Below, in pieces: positions 1 through 5,634 of a stretch of DNA of 7,035 nucleotides (positions are counted from its first letter, which is position 1; each line of letters begins with the position of its first letter). The position numbers and the translations under genes are program-made. The DNA is taken from NCBI GenBank assembly GCA_027031765.1, contig JALVPN010000021.1, positions 297 to 7,331 of the forward strand. Reading direction: 5' to 3'. Under the pieces are notes generated by a model. It was given only the letters and a program-made list of their open reading frames with translations. It ran no database searches and had not been told where the DNA came from. This DNA is from Promethearchaeota archaeon. GTDB taxonomy: Archaea > Asgardarchaeota > Thorarchaeia > Thorarchaeales > Thorarchaeaceae.

Positions 1-2
1 GG

Positions 3-1580
3 AGTCCGGGTGAGCAGGCCTGGGTGGAGGCGCAGGAGACCGACGCGGGTCTCCGTGTCCATGCCATCAGGACGACCACCCACATGGACAGGTACGTCAG
101 CGTGGCCATGCGCTACTATGAGCATGTCCGCGTGACGGCACGGATATTGCTCGAGTCGGGTGACTGTAGTGTCGTGCTGAGGGCGTCCATCGAACAGTCG
201 TCCCTGGAGGTGGTGAATGAGGAGGTGCAGATGTGGCTCCCGGTACACTCGGATGAACAGGAAATGGGACTACAGCCGGGTGCCAACACGGTGGTGCTGT
301 ACATGGACGCACCTGTCATCCATCTCGGTGACGGCTGGGCGCGGCTACTGAGGCTCGGCCTGGTGCTGACGATGGAGGACGAGGGCACGGCTGTGGTGGA
401 GTCTGTGGTCGTCACTGGACAGGCCGGGCGTGACATGTACCCGGTGGTCATAGACACGAGGTCGACGCAGGGGGCAGACCTCTTTGCTGAGCCGTACACG
501 ACACTGCTCTGGGACTTCCCCGTCCTCAACGTCACCGCTCCTGATGCAGGTGGCATGACGGGCGCGCTGTGTCCCAGGGCCCAGAACGAGACGCTCTACC
601 TCCCAGCAGGCGAGTACACGGCCAGCGTGGTGTGGTTCACCTCAGGCTATCCTCGGGGGGCGGTGGCATGGCTCACGTTCCGTGTGGGCGACCCCGGGGG
701 TGTGTATGTGCGGATGGCGGTGCCGGTCACTGAGATCCGCCTCGACGTGGACCCACCGGTAGTCCAGAGCATCTACGTGGACGAGTGGTCGCAGGACAGT
801 AGCTGGCCAATCACGCACTATCACCTCACCGACGTGGGCCCCTCGTTCCCGGATGTCCTCTACGTGCCCGGGGGTGCATGGATGCTCAGTGTCACTGCAA
901 CACCGTACGTCGGCGGTTCTGTCCCTTCGCTTACGGAGCGCATAACGGGTGTCACCGAGGCCAACACTATTGTGTGTCACATACACCAGCCGCTCCTCGT
1001 CCTTGGTGGCTTGGCCATGATGCCTGTGATTGCAGTGGCCATGGTCGTGGCCGTGGGGGTGCTGCTCGTAATCCTGATAGACCTTGGTAGTGGTGCTGGC
1101 CCGCTGACCACACGCTCGCTGATTGAAGACCCGCGTCGACTACCGCTTGCGCTCCTCAGTATCTCATTCATGGTACCGTGGTACGGCTACGCATCGGCAC
1201 TGGCCTGTAGCAGCGGTCCCGTGACAGAGTGGACCACGGTGGTGCTGCCGCTCCTCACAAGAGTGGTCACTGTCGGTACCGGGCCCGGCGTGGTGGTCGT
1301 CGGTGGCACTGGAGTGTGGGGGATTGTTGTGCTGGTGCTCTTCTGGGCGCCCGTGCTGTACTTGTGGGCCCTCGTACTCCGCCCGGATGTCCCGCCCCGT
1401 CCGAAAGTGTACACGGTCGTGTTTGCTGTGCCTGTGGCGGTCGGGCTCGTGCTTGGGCTGCTGAGCGGCACGCCGCCTCTTGTTGGCCCGCTCTTGGCAT
1501 GCGCAGGCCTTATTATCTGGCTGGTGTGGGCTGTCCACGACGGGCTCCTACGACTACCGCGCAGGCCCGGGTCCGAGTAG
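3..1580 (+). CDS. Hypothetical multi-pass membrane protein with a large N-terminal beta-rich extracytoplasmic region (5'-partial)
   Basis: Frame is open from base 3 (SPGEQAWVEAQETD...) to TAG 1578-1580, so the true start is probably upstream of the window and GTG24 is internal. The first ~320 aa are V/T/Y-rich with beta-strand character and two N-x-T sequons (NVT, NET). About 5 hydrophobic helices follow (LLVLGGLAMMPVIAVAMVVAVGVLLVILI; LPLALLSISFMVPW; VWGIVVLVLFWAPVLYLWALVL; VYTVVFAVPVAVGLVLGLL; LVGPLLACAGLIIWLVWAV), then a basic tail (RLPRRPGSE). No family motif recognised. Confidence 0.85.
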   Translation, partial: SPGEQAWVEAQETDAGLRVHAIRTTTHMDRYVSVAMRYYEHVRVTARILLESGDCSVVLRASIEQSSLEVVNEEVQMWLPVHSDEQEMGLQPGANTVVLYMDAPVIHLGDGWARLLRLGLVLTMEDEGTAVVESVVVTGQAGRDMYPVVIDTRSTQGADLFAEPYTTLLWDFPVLNVTAPDAGGMTGALCPRAQNETLYLPAGEYTASVVWFTSGYPRGAVAWLTFRVGDPGGVYVRMAVPVTEIRLDVDPPVVQSIYVDEWSQDSSWPITHYHLTDVGPSFPDVLYVPGGAWMLSVTATPYVGGSVPSLTERITGVTEANTIVCHIHQPLLVLGGLAMMPVIAVAMVVAVGVLLVILIDLGSGAGPLTTRSLIEDPRRLPLALLSISFMVPWYGYASALACSSGPVTEWTTVVLPLLTRVVTVGTGPGVVVVGGTGVWGIVVLVLFWAPVLYLWALVLRPDVPPRPKVYTVVFAVPVAVGLVLGLLSGTPPLVGPLLACAGLIIWLVWAVHDGLLRLPRRPGSE

Positions 1581-1581
1581 C

Positions 1582-1598
1582 ATGGTCGTAGTGACCAT
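1582..1598. promoter_or_regulatory. Inverted repeat ATGGTC-N5-GACCAT, candidate operator or small RNA hairpin
   Basis: Perfect 6-bp arms at 1582-1587 and 1593-1598 in the 63-nt gap directly upstream of the wHTH gene. Function is inferred. Confidence 0.35.
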
Positions 1599-1600
1599 AT

Positions 1601-1607
1601 GGAGGTG
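1601..1607 (+). promoter_or_regulatory. Shine-Dalgarno-like GGAGGTG upstream of the wHTH gene
   Basis: 7-nt match to the archaeal/bacterial anti-SD. GGAGG lies 8 nt before an in-frame CTG (1614) and 38 nt before ATG1644. Confidence 0.5.
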
Positions 1608-1643
1608 TAGAGACTGAGCCCACGCCGGGACGCACAGGGGGAC

Positions 1644-2066
1644 ATGCCACTGGCCCTCCGACTGGGGCCGACAACGTGGCGTGTCCTCATCGCACTACTG
1701 AGCAGACACAGGCCGTGTGGCCCACGGGAGCTCGCCCGGGTCCTCGGCCTCAGCAGTCACAGCGTTGCCATATACCACCTTGAGAAGCTGGTCGGACATG
1801 GGGTGGTCGAGAAGACCCCGGACGGCGAGTACACGATACGGGAGGACGCCGACCTCGACGTCCTTGACAACTACCTGTTCTTCCAGTCATGGGCGATACC
1901 CAGGGTCGCCACGTATGCTGCGTTCGTCACAGGCCTCTTTCTCACCTACCTCGTCGGCGTGGGCATAAGCTACACCGTGGACTCAGGCTACGCACTGGCC
2001 ATTGGTATCTCTGCGACCCTCCTCCTCTGGGCGGAGGCATACCGACAGTGGCAGGGGCTGGCGTGA
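1644..2066 (+). CDS. Membrane-anchored winged helix-turn-helix transcriptional regulator (ArsR-like wHTH plus 2 C-terminal TM helices)
   Basis: The N-terminal region TWRVLIALLSRHRPCGPRELARVLGLSSHSVAIYHLEKLVGHGVVEKTPDGEYTI fits the wHTH pattern (HTH, YHLxxL recognition helix, GxVxK wing). Two hydrophobic segments follow (IPRVATYAAFVTGLFLTYLVGVGI and SGYALAIGISATLLLWAEAY). The start may be CTG1614 instead. Confidence 0.88.
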   Translation: MPLALRLGPTTWRVLIALLSRHRPCGPRELARVLGLSSHSVAIYHLEKLVGHGVVEKTPDGEYTIREDADLDVLDNYLFFQSWAIPRVATYAAFVTGLFLTYLVGVGISYTVDSGYALAIGISATLLLWAEAYRQWQGLA

Positions 2067-2148
2067 ACACCGTACGGTCACATCTGCAAGACGGCAACTG
2101 TATCAGACGTGGTGGACACGAGGCTGGCGTTAACACCATACGGTCACA
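2056..2148. repeat. Pair of 27-bp direct repeats (25/27 identical) separated by 39 bp, period 66
   Basis: GGCTGGCGTGAACACCGTACGGTCACA (2056-2082) and GGCTGGCGTTAACACCATACGGTCACA (2122-2148). Copy 1 includes the wHTH stop codon and the palindrome ACCGTACGGT (2069-2078). Confidence 0.92.
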
Positions 2149-2172
2149 GCACACGGTAGTGGCCCGCTCGGG

Positions 2173-3150
2173 TCAGACCCCCACGGCTCTGCGCAGGCCC
2201 CGCACCATCAGGAGCAGCACCACGACACCCGCAAGGACCGCCACCGAGACCACTGTCTGGAATGCCGGAGTGCCGATTCCCATGAACGCGAGGACAGCGC
2301 CTGTCACGATACAGGCTATGAACGGGAGCGTATTGAAGGGCGTCCTGAGCTGGCCGGCACCGGCGACGGCGAGGAACAGTCCATAGGCAACAATGCCAAA
2401 GGCTGCAGCCAGTGCGAACATTACGGCGAGGAGTTCGAACAGTCCGAAGAGCAGCCAGCCGGCAGCAGGGACGAAGTAAGCGACCACTAGCCAGATGAGG
2501 TCGAACACCATGATATACTTGAGCCCCGTGGCCGAGTTCTTGATGTCGGTGTCTGACGGTGCGTTGCTCAGCATGATTGTGAGCGCGAGGAACGCGATGA
2601 GCCAGAACAGCGGGTTGATGACCGTCAGGCCGGCCAGTGTGTAGAAGAAGAGGTAGACAAAACTGCCGATTTGCCAGACCGGTTCGAGAGCGGAAGGCTC
2701 GGAGCCCTTCATCTGTATCAGACGGCTGAGCAGTGACAGGGCCTCCCCACCGATTCCCGGCGACGCTGGCACGAGGTATGTGGCGGCGAGCGCAAAGAAG
2801 GTCAGGAGCACCAACGACACCGCCACTGGGGCAAGCCCAATGACTGCACCCTTCACTGCGTTGTCCGGTACCTCATGGGTCACATAGCCGAGCACGATCT
2901 TGTCGTCCTGTTCGGACACGTTGATGGGCTTGAACTCTATGATCTTGGTTCTGGTGAACAGGCACCCCAGCGCGTGCGACGACTCGTGCAGTGCAACGCC
3001 AGGGCCGACGAACAGACGCCAGGCACGTGAACCCGGGTTGCGCGTGACATCGAGGAAGTAGAGCGAGAGGCGCTCCAAGACCCAGCCCATGCCCCAGACG
3101 ACGAAGAACAGCACGACCGCAAGCAGGACTATTACGAAGTAGGCGTTCAT
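2173..3150 (-). CDS. Intramembrane zinc metalloprotease, M50/site-2-protease-like (M50B or DUF3267-type), 325 aa
   Basis: PGVALHESSHALGC carries an HExxH motif in a hydrophobic helix (2974-2988). GYVTH and GLAP motifs follow, and a distal NAPSDTD (2545-2565) supplies a likely third zinc ligand (Asp). About 8-9 TM segments. Start reassigned to ATG3150 because AGGAGG lies 7 nt upstream. The ORF-track GTG3204 extension looks non-coding. Confidence 0.85.
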   Translation of the reverse strand: MNAYFVIVLLAVVLFFVVWGMGWVLERLSLYFLDVTRNPGSRAWRLFVGPGVALHESSHALGCLFTRTKIIEFKPINVSEQDDKIVLGYVTHEVPDNAVKGAVIGLAPVAVSLVLLTFFALAATYLVPASPGIGGEALSLLSRLIQMKGSEPSALEPVWQIGSFVYLFFYTLAGLTVINPLFWLIAFLALTIMLSNAPSDTDIKNSATGLKYIMVFDLIWLVVAYFVPAAGWLLFGLFELLAVMFALAAAFGIVAYGLFLAVAGAGQLRTPFNTLPFIACIVTGAVLAFMGIGTPAFQTVVSVAVLAGVVVLLLMVRGLRRAVGV

Positions 3151-3157
3151 CACCAGT

Positions 3158-3163
3158 CCTCCT
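3158..3163 (-). promoter_or_regulatory. Shine-Dalgarno AGGAGG for the M50-like protease
   Basis: CCTCCT on the + strand, 7 nt from the ATG at 3150. Confidence 0.75.
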
Positions 3164-3401
3164 ACTGCAACCGGCGGGCCCGTCCGGACACCGTGGACAC
3201 GCACAGAGGGGCACAGACAGGCTGCCCGGAAGCATCACTCGACCACTGTGGGACTGGGCCACCATGCCTTATGTCTGTTTCCTGCGTGTTCCGACCGTCG
3301 GGCCGCTGACCCGCTGCTACGGGCTAGGGCGTGAGGCCGCAGGGAAAGAGTGCTACCACACTGACGGGAGGGACACTGTGCGCATGCCCACAGGACAGGA
3401 A

Positions 3402-3433
3402 CACTCCCGGACGGCAGAACCACTCCCGGACGG
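3402..3433. repeat. Direct repeat CACTCCCGGACGG x2 (period 19)
   Basis: Exact 13-mers at 3402-3414 and 3421-3433, each preceded by a GAA-containing lead-in (GAA / GAAC). Confidence 0.85.
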
Positions 3434-3694
3434 GCCCCCAGACTGGCCCGGGCCCACACATTCGTAGCGGCCACCAGACGCCTTGGGCGACCATGAGACC
3501 GGTGCGCTGAGGCCACGGCCCTGTGTTGTCAGGCACACATCGAGTGACCCGCGACCGGGCAACATGAGACAGCCCATATGCCATTGACGCGTCGGCTGGG
3601 CGCCTGCCGGTAGACCGAGTGGTGGCGTGGCCTGCACTGTCCGTCGTTGCCACCAGCCACCCGGTGCGCCCGACTTGTGTCCGGGAGCACTCAA

Positions 3695-3707
3695 CGAAGC
3701 TTATAGC
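3695..3707 (+). promoter_or_regulatory. Putative archaeal BRE/TATA promoter (CGAAG-CTTATAGC) for the beta-helix surface protein
   Basis: The only TTATA seen in the ~680-nt GC-rich divergent gap, preceded by purine-rich CGAAG. Canonical spacing gives a TSS near 3727-3731, downstream of ATG3723, which supports a later start codon. Confidence 0.55.
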
Positions 3708-3827
3708 CCACCGTGAGAGGACATGGCACGACGCCCACCGTTCCCCTGTTGGAGAGTGTCGCGCACCAGCGTGCCCCTCTGGACACGGGACGGAAGACGG
3801 ACGACCGACAGATGGTTGTTGGAACAG

Positions 3828-5630
3828 ATGGCAAAGACCTACAGGAATGCAATGGTAGCAGTGGTCTCAGTGCTCACGATGACGGTGCTGTGCTCACCAC
3901 TCCTCAGTGTCAGGATGACCACGGCCACCGCAGCACATGTCGCAGTGCAGGCAGGCGGACTGGTCGACCACCCGCCCATAGTGGTCACGTCGGACGATGA
4001 CTTCGCAGCCCTCGGGTTCCCTGGCTCTGGCACGGAGGGTGACCCGTATGTGATTCAGGGCCTCCGGATACGCACGGACGGCATCGCCATAGAGGTGAGG
4101 GACACTACGGCCTACTTCGTAGTGAGGGGCTGTACACTCATGCCAGAGACCAGTAGCGGACAGTGCGGGGTGCAACTCCTCCAGGTCGCGACCTTCGTTG
4201 TCGAGGACTGCAATATCACAGGCATGGCGAACGGCATTACGATTGTCAACAGCGCCGGTACGGGGCCGACAGCACCCAGACTAGTGCGGAACAACACAGT
4301 CACGGACTGCGACAGAGGGGTGATGGCTATGACAGGCGCCACTATAGATGAGAACCGCATAGAACGGTGTGGGACGGGCATCTATGTCTCGGAGGAGACC
4401 GGCCTCAACATCGGGGGCAATACCCTCAACGGCTGCGGGCTGGTGGTCGAGGCACATGTGCTCGACTATTGGGATCACAATGTGACGGGCAACACTGTCA
4501 ACGGCAAGCCCCTTGGTTGGCTCATTGGTCTCGGGGACACGGTGGTGGACATGAGCACATACGGCCAGGTCCTCGCTGCTGACTGCCATGGTACCACCTT
4601 TGAGAACGGCAGCTTCACGGGGGCACCCTTCCAGCTCGCCTTCTCGACCGGGTGCACTATCAGGGACATGAACGTCACCGGCACCGGGATCACCGCAGTA
4701 GCCCTCAACCTCAGGGGGACATCCGACACCGTGGTCAACAACACCAGGGTGGAGGACTCCGACGGAACGGGGGTCTGGCTGAACGAGTGCGAGAACATCA
4801 CACTCACCGGGAGCAGCATTACCGGCTGCGAGCGCACCGGCCTGTACCTCACCCAGAGCCAGGGCTGCAAGGTGACACGCTGCTGGATACTGGACAATGG
4901 GGATACGGGCATTGATGTCGAGTATGGTGGCAGCCACATGGTGTGGGACAATACCATCGGGTGGAACAGACGCAACGCCGAGGACGACAGCACCGACACC
5001 GCATGGGACGACGGCGTGAGCACGGGCAACGCATGGAGTGACTACGACCCCTCAGAGGAGACGTACCGGGTCGAGGGCCAGAGCGGCTCTGTCGACCACT
5101 ACCCGCGGCTCATCACGTACCTCGAACACCCGCGCGTCTGGCACCTCGGTGCCACACAACTCAGCTATGTCAACGGCACCACCGGTAACAACATCACATG
5201 GGTGGCAGCCCTCGCCTCGCCAGACCACTATGAGATATACAGGGACGGCGAGCTCATTGCGAATGCGTCCCTCACACCGGGCCTGCTGGTGATAGGCGTC
5301 GACGGCCTTGCTCCGGGTACCTACACGTACACAGTCGTCATCTTTGACAGCTCCGGCGAACAGGCCAATGATACCGTGTACGTGATGGTGATGACGCCCA
5401 CCGCAACGACAACGACCACCTACCCCACCTATACGACAACTACGAGCACGAGCACGAGCACGACCGTGACCACGACCGCGACCAGCCCGTACACCAATAC
5501 GACCACCACCTCCGGGACAGGCGGTAGTACGGCCGCGGACCCCGCAGTGGTGGCAGTCTACCTCGGGGCCATCGGTGCAGGGATACTGCTCCTCGGCGCA
5601 GCAGTGTACATCCTCCGCACCAAGGTGTAG
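3828..5630 (+). CDS. Secreted, membrane-anchored right-handed parallel beta-helix (PbH1/NosD-like/CASH) glycoprotein with Ig-like domain and Thr-rich stalk, ~600 aa
   Basis: Signal peptide MAKTYRNAMVAVVSVLTMTVLCSPLL. Capping motif HPPIVVTSDDDF...GSGTEGDPYVI, then PbH1-type repeats (GIYV, GVWL, GLYL; NTVNGKPLGW) and a GNAWSDY...DHYP terminal motif. An Ig-like module follows (GTTGNNITW...VDGLAPGTYTYTV...DTVYV), then a Thr/Ser linker, TM helix (AVVAVYLGAIGAGILLLGAAVYIL) and RTKV tail. 12 N-x-S/T sequons. Start 3828 is preferred over 3723 because of the signal peptide and promoter spacing. 3852 is also possible. Confidence 0.9.
   Translation: MAKTYRNAMVAVVSVLTMTVLCSPLLSVRMTTATAAHVAVQAGGLVDHPPIVVTSDDDFAALGFPGSGTEGDPYVIQGLRIRTDGIAIEVRDTTAYFVVRGCTLMPETSSGQCGVQLLQVATFVVEDCNITGMANGITIVNSAGTGPTAPRLVRNNTVTDCDRGVMAMTGATIDENRIERCGTGIYVSEETGLNIGGNTLNGCGLVVEAHVLDYWDHNVTGNTVNGKPLGWLIGLGDTVVDMSTYGQVLAADCHGTTFENGSFTGAPFQLAFSTGCTIRDMNVTGTGITAVALNLRGTSDTVVNNTRVEDSDGTGVWLNECENITLTGSSITGCERTGLYLTQSQGCKVTRCWILDNGDTGIDVEYGGSHMVWDNTIGWNRRNAEDDSTDTAWDDGVSTGNAWSDYDPSEETYRVEGQSGSVDHYPRLITYLEHPRVWHLGATQLSYVNGTTGNNITWVAALASPDHYEIYRDGELIANASLTPGLLVIGVDGLAPGTYTYTVVIFDSSGEQANDTVYVMVMTPTATTTTTYPTYTTTTSTSTSTTVTTTATSPYTNTTTTSGTGGSTAADPAVVAVYLGAIGAGILLLGAAVYILRTKV
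5442..5459 (+). repeat. In-frame hexamer repeat (ACGAGC)x3 encoding (TS)3 within the Thr-rich linker
   Basis: Read directly from the sequence. Part of the ACN-rich low-complexity linker at about 5395-5510. Confidence 0.85.
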
Positions 5631-5634
5631 ACAG

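Noticed and set aside
2056-2148. CRISPR array call for the 27-bp repeat / 39-bp spacer unit
   Set aside because: Only two repeats, no matching copy at the next or previous period (about 2188 or 1990), overlap with a coding 3' end, no leader, no GAAA(C/G) terminus and no cas genes in the window. Kept only as a repeat finding.
1889-2386. 165-aa plus-strand ORF containing AGVNTVRSH / AGVNTIRSQ repeats
   Set aside because: It overlaps two credible genes. The peptide repeat is simply the translation of the 27-bp DNA duplication.
3260-3290. Minus-strand TATA for the protease gene (GGAAACAGACATAAG)
   Set aside because: Poor TATA match and BRE spacing, so it is not supportable without TSS data.
3220-3710. 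RNase P RNA or SRP RNA in the long intergenic region
   Set aside because: Partial look-alikes (CAGGAACACTCC, GAAGCTTAT, CCCGGAAG, GGGAGCA) do not form the conserved GAGGAAAGUCC/CGGCUUA or CAGG-CCGGAAGG-AGCA signatures in the right order. An Rfam scan would be decisive.
3723-3827. N-terminal 35-aa extension of the beta-helix protein from ATG3723
   Set aside because: It is Arg/Pro-rich, displaces the signal peptide, and lies only ~22 nt from the start of the TATA-like box, upstream of the expected TSS.
3235-3858. Small ORFs in the divergent gap (3264-3467, 3235-3516, 3324-3653, 3353-3694, 3619-3858)
   Set aside because: No SD, low-complexity R/P/G composition, mutually overlapping and no recognisable domain.
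4281-4937. 218-aa minus-strand ORF (and 4475-5029, 4112-4381)
   Set aside because: Antisense shadows of the beta-helix CDS in GC-rich DNA, with no motifs.
3828-5630. Assigning gene symbol nosD
   Set aside because: The fold is shared, but the Ig-like domain, Thr stalk and TM anchor plus the absence of nos genes argue against true NosD.
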